From Phoronis australis (lineage: Eukaryota; Animalia; Phoronida), in assembly GCA_002633005.1 (NCBI GenBank), contig NMRA01000175.1, positions 503,831 through 567,830 on the forward strand: a stretch of DNA of 64,000 nucleotides, in the 5' to 3' direction. The stretch's first letter is position 1; each line of letters starts with the position of its first letter. The translations under genes were made by a program, and so were the position numbers. The notes beneath the pieces were generated by a model. The model saw nothing but the letters and a program-made list of their open reading frames with translations. It did not search any database and was not told the origin of the DNA. Below are positions 48,421-60,939 of this stretch, piece by piece.

Positions 48421-48824
48421 CATGTCAAGGTCGCATCATTTCACAGCGCGACTGAAAAGTTTAGGACCGCTGCGCCTGAACCTCACCCACCGGAACCACG
48501 CACGAAATTAAATGTAGTTAGCAGGCTTCTCTGGCCCTGCCAGTCTTTACTAAGTCAGAGACCCCTTTCAGTCTTCTTAAATTTAAAACCTTTGGTCGCC
48601 GCAGCCCTGACCCGTGCCCCAGATGTGGTCCATGCTTGATGAGAATGAGTCGTTAGATTCAAGAATCGCGACTGGCAGTGATTGGAACTGAGCTCGTAAA
48701 CAAAGTAATCAATGAATTAAGAACTATTCAACTTTTGCACACCCTTTAAATGGTTACTAAATGGACACAAATGCAATACTTTATTCATCTCCGTTAAGAC
48801 TCATTACCAGGTAATCAGAGCAAT

Positions 48825-49020
48825 GAACTGTGTGACTCAGTGGTTTAAGGTCCGGACTCTTGTTCGGGAGACCTGGGTTTGAATCGGCTGGCTTCACTGG
48901 CTGACAATCGCGCATTGCTCAAAGGTGTACTTCTCTGAGCTCGGTCTTACTAATGAATGAGTGCAAGGGTGTGAATTAGAATCTGGATATAATGCGAAAG
49001 AGACTCCTGGGGCTGTGCTT
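48825..49020 (+). mobile_element. tRNA-derived SINE-like element
   Basis: gtgactcagtggtttaagg (A-box-like) ... ctgggtttgaatc (B-box-like). Confidence 0.5.
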
Positions 49021-49649
49021 ATATGTAAGAAAAAAAAAACAACTGTCGGAGTTCTGGTTTTGGAATTGTGCACATTCGAATTGTAATATTCTGTGTACTA
49101 TCAAGACGAAGGCAAAAGAGACTTGTTTCGATATAAATATAAGTATCTATTAAATGAACTGAACTGTATGTTGTACAAAGCGTGACTGAGGCTACACAGC
49201 TACTGGCATGCACTATAAATACAATGTTGGAGGCCAACATTAATTAATGTGGTCGCCATGATTAACTCTGACAGTCTCTAAACAAATACTGGAAGTGTAC
49301 AATGAGCTCATCATGTTACACGAAGTAGTGAACTTTCGGAGGTGTCGAACCGATCGGAGTAGCGAACTTTCGGAATAGCGGCGTCTAACCTTGGAAATCT
49401 TTTCCATCAAGTTACTTGCTCCTACGACGTCTGTGAGGCTGTACACCATTCACACACTATTGACAAGAGAAGACTATCTTCATTGGCCCGTTTTTTTTTT
49501 GGGTCTAGACCTACTTTTCCCAAAAAATGTGAACATGCTCGTCGGTGTTTTCTCAGTTCAAGAAAACACGGTTATAGTTAAATTCTGTTTTTTCAGCAGC
49601 GATAGAGAGCTGCCTGTAGTTAACTTACCGTCGGCTTCTACTGAATTTA

Positions 49650-50560
49650 AAAGGACGGAAACGCACACAGGTGCACACGCATGCATGCCAATCCACCAAT
49701 CCACAGTCGAAATGGACACTGGATGAAACCACACCCAGTGTATTTGGCGAACACGTTCAATTCCAAATTTGAAAACGCCATGCTGTTAGAATTTGTGGCT
49801 TTTAAGATCCTACGCATCCATGTTATCTTAACTGCCTTTACAAAAGAATAAACATCTATCACTTTACAACCACCAGTCATAAGTTCTGTAGCCTGAGTTC
49901 CGCATTTAACAAAGATAATAATTCGTCGGAAATTTGAAAAAAGTCAAAGCGTGATTTGTTAACTGTTTTTTTCCTACTCCATATAAAAGAGGTATGATCC
50001 GGATCGTACACTCTCCAAGGGTCAACCAAATCAAATATTTGCTTTAAATTTAAAACTGTTTTTCTAGCCTGAGGATTGTTCAGATTGATGTAACCAAAAC
50101 AGTCTCGGTCATAGTCTTGGACCAAATTCCAATCTTCGCACAGAACAATAAATTCGGTGTTGAACACAGAGATGCGATCTGCTATGTTTTCACAAAAAGT
50201 GGAGAATCTTGGTTAGGACCGTATATGTAGGCTAGGGTAACTGTGATAATTTTTTAAACACTATTTCTATAATTAAAAGCTTCCTTTTTCGTCATTATAG
50301 CTATGTAATTTCATGTTCAAAATTATTATTAATTAGGATAGTCACACCCCGTGCATCACTTCTACCCGGACTCACAAAAATGTCAAAGCCCCACTGGGCC
50401 CTAATCATATCATGGTCTGATTTTATGAAATGTGTCTTGGAGACAATAAATATTATATATTTTTTCCTTTTAGATAATTAAAAACATCCTTAGGTTTTTG
50501 AAAATTTCGTAAACCTCTGCAGTTTAAAGACATAACGTTAATCATCTTTTAGATATTAGG
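49650..50560 (-). mobile_element. Decayed L1/Tx1-like ORF2 (APE endonuclease) fragments
   Basis: NCRGLRNFQK-like start (~50520), a decayed LQETH-like motif, YIYGPN, IVLCEDWNLVQD, DPWRVYDP and SRFDFFQIS; further downstream GGCKVID...KAVKITWMRR, typical of the post-RT region of Tx1/L1. Confidence 0.75.
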
Positions 50561-51219
50561 TAAATGTCAATGAAATAACAACAATAGATTCATAAACCTG
50601 TAAACAAAAACTCCAATATATGACTTCTGAGCTATGTGATAGACAGGTCTTATAAAGACAATACCTCCCTTCACAGATATAGGACAATATTACATAGTTA
50701 CACAATCAAACACCTAAAAACACAAATCCAAAAACCTTCCCTAGCATCCTGGTTCACAAGTGTGGGATAAATTTTTTGTACATCCAACCGGAAAAATAAA
50801 CAAATAGCAGTAACAGAGCACAGCATGATCTGAGTTTCGAGTTTAATACAGAAAGGGTAAGTCAGAGCCACACCAGCGCAGTGGCACTATAAATAACAGA
50901 CAATAAAGCCTGCCGAGACTTGCCATAATCAAATCCCTGTAACAGAAATAACAAAAAAGAAAACAGGGAAAAAACATCAAGGCGCTGGTATTAACAGTTT
51001 TCATTGTAGTTAATATTACCAGTAGCTGCAACAATTTTGTTGTTGTTCATCTGCATCCTATCTTTAATGGATAGGCTGGGGCTGGACCTTTTGCGCTGAA
51101 GGGGGGGGGGGGTTCGACCGAAGCCCCCCACCGCGGCTACGGGCCTGGATTATATGTACGTTAGTGTATAAATGCAAAGAAAGAAATGGCGGACTATGAA
51201 TAATTTTAGCCTTATCATG

Positions 51220-51465
51220 CAAGTGGCGTAACAGCAACTACTTCGTTTTTGCATTGATGTTTAACAGCCCGTTGAAACACATACATGTACAATAAACACA
51301 CATCTGGCCGATTTAACCGGTGTGTTTATTCATACTGTGTGAATACAAGACAGCAACGTAAACAAGTCAGCGACAGTAGAAAAATGCACTCTGAAAAGGC
51401 GCAACCACAACTTTCTGGGATTCACATTTCTTGAACATGAATTAAGCACCGATTTGTCTGTGCAA
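51220..51465 (-). repeat. Dispersed repeat B, copy 1 (inverted relative to 60541-60785)
   Basis: cttgaacatgaattaagcaccgatttgtctgt and aagtcagcgacagta match the reverse complement of 60542-60640. Confidence 0.8.
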
Positions 51466-52115
51466 CAGACCACATTTACACTTTCTCCATCAGAATGCCA
51501 GTTCGTTGGCGTAAAGCGCAGCCTGTTGAAAATTCGACGAGCCAATCAGAAACGCCAGTGTAAAAAATCCCCGAGGAAAATTAAATGATACCTGCAGTGT
51601 CCTAACACCTAGCGACACGCAGGGAACCTGCGAGACAGCCCGTGAAGCTATCAACGACACCTACCGATATGTAACTGAAATACGTATTTTGTTGCAGGTG
51701 CGTGTCCACCATATATAAGAGATAGATTTTGTGAGCAGCTTAGCTTTTTTATTTGGTTTCACAATCACAACTACGGGAAGATACATATTAATATATATGT
51801 GATTAGGCGTACTTTAGTTTACAGACGTTTTTCTTGTAACACAGGTAGTGACAGGCTTGGTCTAAGTCGAGAATCATTATCAAACAAAGCCTTCTCAACA
51901 CACAGTACAATCTGACATTGAAAACTATTGCACGAAGTTGCAAGAATCATCTATTACTGAAGCAAGAACAACCAGACTTGACATGCATAACTAAACAAAC
52001 CTTAGACTAGCATATGATGAACCACCAACTCCATGTACTTTCAATGGATGAAATCTGTGTTTTCAAAGCCCTGACGTCAGTCGTCATTATTCACTAGCGA
52101 CACCAGCCTCCCGTG

Positions 52116-52236
52116 CAGTAACGCCAGGACCTCGCTAAAAAGCACGACTTCGCGATATTACAAGAGATATTGCCGTGTACTTTAAATGAGAACACGTGAC
52201 TTTGGCTACATTTTAGCAAGGTCCTAGCGTTACTGA
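52116..52236 (+). mobile_element. Small TIR element C, copy 1 (inverted relative to ~56148-56247)
   Basis: cagtaacgccaggacct ... aggtcctagcgttactg TIRs; core tttaaatgagaacacgtga recurs inverted at ~56163. Confidence 0.7.
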
Positions 52237-52727
52237 ACGCACCCCTACCCAAACTGCCAGGTTTTATTTCCGCACCGGCAAGTACGTTGTTAGCAAGCCA
52301 GCTAGCTGTAATACAGCTGTATGAAGACTATCGTCAAAATACAGCTAGGTACCACTGTGTGTATTTCTTCCGTAGACACCAAAATTGTACACAGCCAGGG
52401 TAGTTCTGCTCGTCAACTCGCCGTGAAACCTGTATCAACATGTAGAGCTAAAGACCGGACGGGGTGCATGCAAAATCTGGGTGTCAACCGACACTCACCT
52501 TTCCCGTTACAACCGTTTAAGTGAAAAACAATGCAACAAACGTCATTTTATTTCGTCATTCTCGACCTTTTGCAACAATGAAAAGTATGTTGTCGTTTTG
52601 AAAACAGTACGCACGCGCACGCGCCATTTCCTAAATTTTTGCGACAACTTCGCAGCAGCAAAACGTATTTTGAAATTCGGTTACAACAGTTGATTGAAAA
52701 ATCGGCGAAAAAGAAATTGGCCAATAG

Positions 52728-52863
52728 CAGGGGCGGATCCAGGATTTTTAGTTATGGGGGCCAGGGCATATAGTATTAGCCAGGACATTCGCACCCCCCA
52801 ATTACCAAATGGAATCTGGGAGAGTTTTAGGGGGGCCATGGCCCCCCTCTAAATCCGCCACTG
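52728..52863. mobile_element. GC-rich MITE (caggggcggatcc ... aatccgccactg)
   Basis: Imperfect TIRs and gggggccatggccccc interior. Related short elements at ~51075-51147, ~60420-60537 and ~61183-61331. Confidence 0.65.
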
Positions 52864-53932
52864 AATAGGTAATGCAATACTTCATGGCGCCGAAAGCCAA
52901 CGCAGATCGCTCCACAACTTAAGCAGCAGAATAACGGTAGAAAGCCATTTTTTCAAACACGGTTAAATAACTCAGTTTATTCAAGGAAGTCTGTAGTTTT
53001 TATTGACACTAATTTTGTGTCTGATTTTTTCTTACCACTTTTTTACCCACATCGGCGCAAAGCTGTATATTTAGTATACAGCTTTGTACCAAGGCTAGTA
53101 CGTTGTGTGCTAATCATTCATGGTCGGCTGTTGTGTTGTCATAATACACTAACCAGAAACTGAAATAGATAATTTAGGGCAGTGGCGCCTCCTCAAGGAT
53201 AGTACACAAGAAAGTGTCAGAGTTGCAAATCTGTTGTCTATAATCTAAGATCAAACAGATTATACAACGCAGGAGTACACAGGAAGGTTCGCAATGATTC
53301 ACAAACTATGCCTATGGTGGTTGTAAAAGGACAATATGTGTTTTTGTTTGTCTTCAGACATAACTGTCCAAAGAAGCTCACCATCTCCATCAGCAGACTG
53401 TTCTTTATAGATATAACCAGCCAGTCACTTTTGCAAGCGCCGCCCCCTTACAAAAGGTCAACAAACAAACAATAAGTTTTATCCGACACAGCGCCACCTA
53501 TACTGCTCGAAAAAAGTATGATTACAGCAGTATTTGTTCGAGTTGGAAGGCATAAAAGACATGAGAGCCTCCTAAGGTGGCCCTCTATGCACAAAAGGTA
53601 CTTACGGCAAGGTGACTTTGATGGTTTAATCAGTGTCAGCCATAATTCCCCGAAAAGCTTGTGGCCTATGAAGGGCGTATGGGATGGCCATTGTCCCTAC
53701 TACTAAGGAGAGACGGTGGCACTGTCTATCAAGGAGTTAGCCTTTGACCCCAAGAAGTCCACAATATGCCACCGGTTAAATGATATCTTTGGATAATTGA
53801 GTCTTTGTGTGACTAAACAAATTTGATAATATAATTGGACCAAAAACATGACACGTGGATTCTGAAACTAGAAAGCCTGGGCTTTTAAGTGAGGTAAGAA
53901 ACAACTGTCACAATTTTGATTTTTTGTCTTTG

Positions 53933-54178
53933 CATGCGCGCACCCAGGGGGGGGGCTCAGGGGGCTCAAATGAGCCCCCCCATTTGGCGAAGTGGGCAAA
54001 AAGGTCCACCTGTGAGAAACAAAAAGTCCGAGACAGAAGTAAGTCCGCTAAACAAGCACAAACGCGCAATTCACAGTGGTGCGTCTGTTTTTTTTTAGTC
54101 CGCAGACTATTTTGTTACCAAAAGGTCCACAACGTTAGGAATTCGAGCCCCCCATATTGAAGGCTGGGTGCGCACATG
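53933..54178 (+). mobile_element. MITE family A copy, ~125 bp downstream of the TRIM stop codon
   Basis: TIRs catgcgcgcacccag / ctgggtgcgcacatg; conserved core shared with the copies at 34318 and 58065. Confidence 0.8.
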
Positions 54179-54303
54179 CTATGGAATAGTGCATTAACTC
54201 AATGGAAAGGCATCTCGTTACAAAAATGACTGAAGAAAAATGTTAAGTAATGCATTTTTCCAACAGCCACCGCCGTAACAAAGCGCCTCTCAAGTTTGTA
54301 AGG

Positions 54304-56007
54304 TTAGTCCTCCAAATACTTGAATGTTTTCACCATTCCGCTTTCTCGCTCCAGTACTGACACCAGTCCTGGGCCTGATATACATATACCTGAAGGAAAA
54401 CTGATGTCGCCAGGAGCAGTGATCACATGTGCACGCCCATTTTTGTATAAAACCACATGATTATTGAAATGGTCAGCAACGAGAATATACCCGTAAATAT
54501 CTACACAAACACCACATGGCCCACCGCTAAGTTTCTCGGTGAATGTGCTTATGACGGTGGACTGCGTGTGGTCAATCACATACACACAGCCTGGATAACA
54601 CTGAACAACAACCACGTGACCAGAGTTATCCATGCACACATAGTGTGGTATGAACTCGTCCAGACCAAGGGACTTGGCATCCAACTGTTGGATGATATTA
54701 CAGTCCAAGTCAGTAATAATCACCCGTTCACCATCTGTGTCCGACACAACAAGGTGGTCATTGTGACTTGTAATGTACCCCTCACCACAATACAAAGCTG
54801 GGCAGACCTTCATCAGGTGACCCTTTGCATCATACCTGACAACACCATGAATGCCCTGGTCGGTGATGAAGATCTCACCCTTTTCATTACATGTCACATC
54901 AGTAGGATTGAGCAGTTTGTGATGTTCCTGTTGTACCATGAATTTTATAGTGTATTTGCGATCATCAATCACTTTTACGTTGTTGTTCATCCCATCTGCT
55001 ACAACAAATATTCCATCACAAACTGTCAGTCCACTGCACCCAGTGCCCATTTCCCTTTTGCGCCGGCTTTTGGCGCGGTTAACACTAACCGCGCATGCTT
55101 TAACCAGCGGTTCTAGGGTTCCAGGTTGAGATGGTGATTGGGATGGAATTTTTGGTTGCGAGGACATTGTGATTGGTCGAGATCTTACATCGATTTCTTC
55201 AACGTAAGCTTTTTCAGCTTTCCTTTTGACCATAAGGAATATTTCATTTAGTTCCGTTACACCTTCGCGTTTCTTGACATCAATTGCATGATTAAGCCTT
55301 TTCTTATAGTCGTCATAAATTACCCACAATTCCTCAAGCATTTTGGTTACCTTTTCTTTTTTTAGTTCTTCCAGAACGCCCCTTCGTTCATTTGACAAAA
55401 TCTGATTATGATCTACTGCATCTAGCCATGGCTCAAGCAAAGCCTCAATTGCCTTGACTGCTTTCTTTGCTACCTCTTCAACTCCATTCACTCTGTGTTT
55501 ACTGTGACCCTTTTTTCTGCACAACGTACATAATAGGATTTTGCATCGTTCACAGTACATGTTCAGCAACTTATTGGAATGTACAGCACAGTATATCTTG
55601 TGACCTTGTGATGCAGGCATACTAACTGCGATGTCATTCACACTGACCTCATTGTGGCTTACTGTCTCCCTCTTCTGGCCACGGCTTTCCAAACTACTTT
55701 CACCCAAGTGATGGGCACACTGTGCACACATTGAATCTGCCTCTCCTGTGGATCCCATGTGTGAACACCGCACACCGACATTCAATGGAAAACCAGCAAC
55801 ACCCCTATCAGGGATGTGTACAACATGACTGCACTTTGGGCAAGGAAAACGATCGCTACTGCCTGGTTTATCAATAACAATCTGCAAACAATCCTGGCAG
55901 AATGCATGGTGACAGGGCAGCTGACGGAGCTGCCTTTTTGGCTCTAAACACAATAAACATTCCATAAGTCTTTGTATATCCTCAGCCTCCTTGGAACTTG
56001 TTGCCAT
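54304..56007 (-). CDS. TRIM-NHL E3 ubiquitin ligase (TRIM2/3/71-like): RING, B-boxes, coiled coil, NHL beta-propeller; 567 aa, single coding exon
   Basis: C3HC4 RING CLLC...LPCHHAFCQDC...CPKC; B-box2 CAVH...YCERC...CTLC...HSKH; heptad-rich segment; NHL repeats (NPTDVTC..GEIFITD, PHYVCMDNSGHVVV, PCGVCVDIYGYILVAD, FPSGICI). ATG at 56007 is in aaaatATGg context, with an acceptor just upstream (exon begins at 56029). Confidence 0.9.
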   Translation of the reverse strand: MATSSKEAEDIQRLMECLLCLEPKRQLRQLPCHHAFCQDCLQIVIDKPGSSDRFPCPKCSHVVHIPDRGVAGFPLNVGVRCSHMGSTGEADSMCAQCAHHLGESSLESRGQKRETVSHNEVSVNDIAVSMPASQGHKIYCAVHSNKLLNMYCERCKILLCTLCRKKGHSKHRVNGVEEVAKKAVKAIEALLEPWLDAVDHNQILSNERRGVLEELKKEKVTKMLEELWVIYDDYKKRLNHAIDVKKREGVTELNEIFLMVKRKAEKAYVEEIDVRSRPITMSSQPKIPSQSPSQPGTLEPLVKACAVSVNRAKSRRKREMGTGCSGLTVCDGIFVVADGMNNNVKVIDDRKYTIKFMVQQEHHKLLNPTDVTCNEKGEIFITDQGIHGVVRYDAKGHLMKVCPALYCGEGYITSHNDHLVVSDTDGERVIITDLDCNIIQQLDAKSLGLDEFIPHYVCMDNSGHVVVVQCYPGCVYVIDHTQSTVISTFTEKLSGGPCGVCVDIYGYILVADHFNNHVVLYKNGRAHVITAPGDISFPSGICISGPGLVSVLERESGMVKTFKYLED

Positions 56008-56147
56008 ATTTTTAGGGTGACCAATATAACTGAAACACAATGAAGCATAAGAATATATGCGATGCTAGTTATGGAATTATTCGATTGCAACAAAAGTTAT
56101 CCTTAACTACTCTCAGGCAGAGTTCAATAGCTGTCTCGTGACTGGAA

Positions 56148-56247
56148 AAATCTAGCCAGAATCACGTGTTCTCATTTAAAATACAAGTCAATATTATGCG
56201 TAATCTCGCAAGGTCTTGCTTTTCTAGCGAGGCCCTGGCTTTATTGA
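56148..56247 (-). mobile_element. Small TIR element C, copy 2
   Basis: tcacgtgttctcatttaaa...ctagcgaggccctggctttattg; reverse complement of 52116-52215. Confidence 0.65.
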
Positions 56248-58064
56248 ACTCTACCCAATGTCACTGTATGTAGCCATTATAAGCATTCTGAAAACAATTT
56301 TACAACCCTACAAAATAACCAGGTATTTTTTTGGAAAAAAATTACAGATACAATTTTGTCAAATCAGTTAATAAGCATAAAAATACTAGTCAATGGTATA
56401 ATGGCCATTGCAAGAATTCCCCACTCTTTCACTGAATTTTCAAAACTCATTAATAAACTGATCAATCAGGCTACAGAAAATAACTTGGACAAATTCACAA
56501 TAGTACAGATTATTCAAAATCCAAAATAACTGCATCATCATGACTCATGTATATTACAATCAATAGCCCACTTTTCCCTACAGAATTTCGAACTTATCAG
56601 CTACAAGTATTAGTTGTAAGTCCAATACCAGAAATGCCCAGAAAGAATAATGGGTCATTCTGGGACAACTTGTAACAAAAAGTTGAGAAACAACAGGTTT
56701 CCAAGTTGTGCACACATTCAGGACCATAGTTCATAGTTAACATCTCACTGCTTGGTATTGGTAACAGAATTTCAAGTTCAAGCATACTCTTATGGGGAAG
56801 CGAGTGCGATTCCAAGTTCAAGCACAACAAGCCAACAGAACAAGAGGGGGTGTTGTGGGTATTTTGATTTGTGGTAGCCTATATCGACGTATAAATCAGG
56901 GCCTATTTACCGAGTATTAGTTATTAGTAATCTATTGAAAAACGAAAGAAGTGTCCAAAGCACAGGGGCAACCAATCGGCGACGTCAATGACGATGTGGT
57001 GAGTCATTCCTCGACTAAAAGTTTGAAATCCTATCACTCCTGTTGTCTCCTGTGAACCTAAACAACCCCGAAGCCAAACTGATCATTCCTGGCATGTTCG
57101 TGTACCCCATAATTGCACCAAAAAGTCGAGTACCTTCGGACTCTCTGTTGGCATGAAGTCGCTCTAAAATCTCCCAAAACTAAGTCTACTCGATGCGCAT
57201 GCTCCTTGTCCTGGGTTTTTGTCTCGCTGGTTCCCTGTGTGACCGCTAGGTCGGGTGGTAGTGAACTAGTCTCCTGGTTAGTAGTGAACACGCAGGTATC
57301 AAAGACGACGGTCTCTGGTATCACTGAACTTTCCTCGGGATTTTTTTTTACACCGGCGTTTCTGATTGGCTGGTCAAATTCTTGACAGGTAGCGCTTCAC
57401 GTAAACAAATTGGCATGACTGATAGAGGAAGTGTAAATATACACAAAACGTACCGAGAGTGGCGTCCACGACTTATTCCGCGTATACGCAGAATAAGGTC
57501 GAATGGTATATTACTTTCAGTCATGTACGCCAATCGAGGTACGTTTTGTATTTATCCCATGCGCTTCGAATCCCTAAGTTTCTTGCTTTTTTCGGAAGCT
57601 TTTTCAAAGGCCTCATCCAGACTGTTCACATGGCGGATCACATCCTATATGTATGTACTTGCACGTTAGGTTGCAAGTTTTCTCTTGAAAAAGAAACAGT
57701 TTAAAAAGTAACGATTTAGTTCTTGAAAAGAGATAGCAAAGATGAAAACAACGGCAACTGAGCAGTGATCTCGTAACATCTCCTGGAAATAGTTAAAAAA
57801 CAACATCTGATATTTTAATTTCCTAGGAATCGGCGCCTGTGCAGACGATACACTATTCAGCAATTGAAAACTGAGACATAAGTGTCTTAAAATTAACAGT
57901 TTTGTTCCAGAATTTACGTTTAGGGCCTGGTTGAATGTCGAGTGTTAGTTACACTGTTGCAACTGTGTTACTTTAAACTTTATCCCACGCGCGTTGAATC
58001 TGTCGAGGGAAATACGGCCATGAAACAAAGTTTTCCGTATTCACCTCCCGCACTACTTTAACAG

Positions 58065-58309
58065 CGACCCAGGGGGGGCTCGGGGGGCTCCAACGAGCCC
58101 CCCATTTGGCGAAGTGGGCAAAAAGGTCCGCCTCCCCCCAGAGACAAAAAGTCCGGGAAAATGGGACAAAAGTCCACTCTAAATAAGCGCAAACGTGCAC
58201 TTCACAGTGGTGCTCCCTTTTTTTTAGTCCGCCCGCTCTTTTGTTAGCAAAATGTCCGCAACGTCAGAAATTCGAGCCCCCCCCATATTGAATGCTGGGT
58301 GCGCTCATG
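58065..58309 (+). mobile_element. MITE family A copy
   Basis: acccagggggggctcggggggctcc...ccccatttggcgaagtgggcaaaaaggtcc...ctgggtgcgctcatg. Confidence 0.8.
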
Positions 58310-60540
58310 GTACCTATTTTTCAGTTCCGGAAATTGTTTATAAACCGACAAGACAATCAGTTGTCAAGGGGGCCGCTCTCCGGCGAGCCATTGCATCACT
58401 GCATTCCCAAGGTTTTTAGTATGGGTATAAAAATTCCTTGACCTGACGCCACTTGATTTATACCAGTAACAAAAAAAAATTCGGCATCCGTTCGTGTGAA
58501 ACACTTGAACACAAAGTAGAAAAAATTAATAGAAACCCATGGAAATCGATGAGCAATATGCGTGCATGTAAAGTCGTGTCATTGTATACAACCATTGACC
58601 AATGGAACTGTACTTGTTTGTGTACATGTGCGTATTCGGAATTGAAGTCAGTTTGAATAAAAGGTGGCATCAAAATTTGCACAATGATGGAGTTATAATA
58701 ACTGATATGTTAACATTAAGTATTTCAATGAAAAAAGAAGAAACCACGACACCAAAAACACCCTGTACTGGTTGTTAAGGCACGCACATATAGTGTATAG
58801 GTACATCGGTTACCCGCGTGTGCTTATGAACACCACTGCTTGGGCGGCCGAAGCCGGAGGTCGACGTATGCATTTGCACAGACCCAATTTCCCGAAAGGT
58901 GATTGTAATTGTTTACTTCACGTTATACCAAGGAATAATTAATATGCAGACGTTTTTTCAAAAATAAAACGCATGTAAGGACTGCTGAGGTGTCACAAGG
59001 AAAATTACTTCAGTGATACACTACTTTTCTTTAATATCTAGTATTACCGGGAAGAGATAACCACTTCCTGCTATTACTTGTCCTAGTACCTAATTCATCT
59101 TAGCGTGGTGAACTGGTAATTTGTACAGTTTGAAACGACATGGTCACACAGTTCAAAATATTGTGTTATAGACTCCGCTGTAAAACAACTTGACACGCCG
59201 CGGAACTAGAGTTTTAAAAAGGCATTCGCATTATTAATTTTTACCAATATCAATTTTTACGCTACTCAGTGTACCCCTTTTATGCGACCATGATGTGGGG
59301 AATCACTAATAACGAGCACACTTCCATATTATTGGCCATCCAGAACGAGAAGGACAAGAAAAATGTTCACACAGAAACAACACATTGAGATACTGTAACC
59401 ATTTCAAACAATAAAGATTCGATTTATTTCAAAAAATATTTCAAAATATCATCATCACGCAGTAAAATCCCACCGTGACAGTAAAAGGGAAATGTTTAGC
59501 AGGTACAAAGTTTCTGTACCGTACTGGTACCATACATGCACTCCACTTCAGCAAAAGTCAGGTTTCAACCAACTCTAAGTTAATCCCTCAATTCAGTTGA
59601 ATCCGACATTTACTGGCACACAATTATGTTACTAGTATATTTATATTGACAACACCCCGCCACAAAATAAATAAAATGACAAAACTCAATGGTCGTAAAC
59701 TCTATCTGCCTTGTCCTACATACCCAGGTATTAATACACTAAATATCAGAAGATCATAAACAGGACCGTGAGAATACAAAAATGATGGTTTTCCTCGAGT
59801 AAGCCAGTTGCAGATTTTAAAAGATCGCCAGGCTACAGAACATTTGTCCCATCTCTTGAAATCTACAGTAACAACCCATCTACCGTCTCAATATAACCTA
59901 GTTGTTGGGTGTAGCATTCTTGGGGTTTCCCTTCCTTCGATCCTGTTCTATTCTTAGTAACCTGGTTATATTAATAAATCGTCGTATTGGGTCCAAACTG
60001 TAAAAATGCACAACTATTAATCTTGCAGTCACTTTCTGTGTTTCTTCTTTGCTAGAAAACAACAGATATCTTTATACTAGAAATCAAACTTTATTTTTTT
60101 CAGTAATTTGTTATCTTTTCTGCTATAACTAAAGACCCTTTAATTCTGTGTTCAAGTATGCAATGATTTTCTTGGATGATTTTCAAAAAATCCTAGTTTG
60201 CACTTGATGATACTAACATAAAAGCTATGAGTATTTACTTGAAATCTCGTGTTGTTACCAATATTGGTTCCTAGATACTACACAGTACACACGCATCTCC
60301 ATCCCGATCAGCAAGATGGCGGACCACTCCGCTCAACGAAAACCACGTGACTTCAACTCTAGTTATATTCATCTCATTGGTTTGTGGTCTGTTATCAAAT
60401 GCGGACCTAGCTAGGATACCATGACGGGGGGGGGGGGGGGGGGGGNCAATATTTCCTCATGCTTCACGCTGCTGTTTCAGTTTGCTTCCGGCAGCCAAAG
60501 GGGAGGCAGCCCCCCTGCCCCCCAAATCCGCCTATGGTTA

Positions 60541-60785
60541 TACAGACAAATCGGTGCTTAATTCATGTTCAAGAAATCTAAGTGGACAGACGTGCCTTTT
60601 CGGAGTGCATTTTTATACTGTCGCTGACTTTTGTTTACGTTACTGTCCTGTATTCACACAGTAGGAATAATACACCGGCTAAGTCGGTCAGTGTGCATCC
60701 GCTGTACACTCAATGTGCCAGTTCAAGCACACCGCTTTTAATAAAACCGCATTGCTGCACAAACGATACTTGCTGTCACGCCGCT
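60541..60785 (+). repeat. Dispersed repeat B, copy 2
   Basis: acagacaaatcggtgcttaattcatgttcaagaaat...; reverse complement of 51220-51465. Confidence 0.8.
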
Positions 60786-60837
60786 AAGAACCGTTCATAC
60801 ATGACGGCGTTCTCTCGTTCATTGACTTTACCAGACC

Positions 60838-60939
60838 ACAGGCACCTATAAGTAGCCCTCTATGGCCATATCGAATGTCAGTTGTGTACCTTTCTCTTTA
60901 TTATGTTATATTGTAGAGGGCTACTTAACGATGCCTGTG
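60838..60939. repeat. ~100-bp hairpin / mini-MITE
   Basis: acaggcacctataagtagccctcta ... tagagggctacttaacgatgcctgt. Confidence 0.65.

Noticed and set aside
48133-48639. 168-aa ORF as a host gene
   Set aside because: No domain signature; runs through probable transposon remnants and a MITE-like end.
54457-55116. 219-aa ORF on + strand
   Set aside because: Antisense shadow of the TRIM NHL-coding region; no recognisable motifs.
60300-60390. Promoter call from caagatggcgg (YY1-like), cacgtg and attgg motifs (similar cluster at ~22135-22185)
   Set aside because: Suggestive, but no linked transcript can be established from sequence alone.
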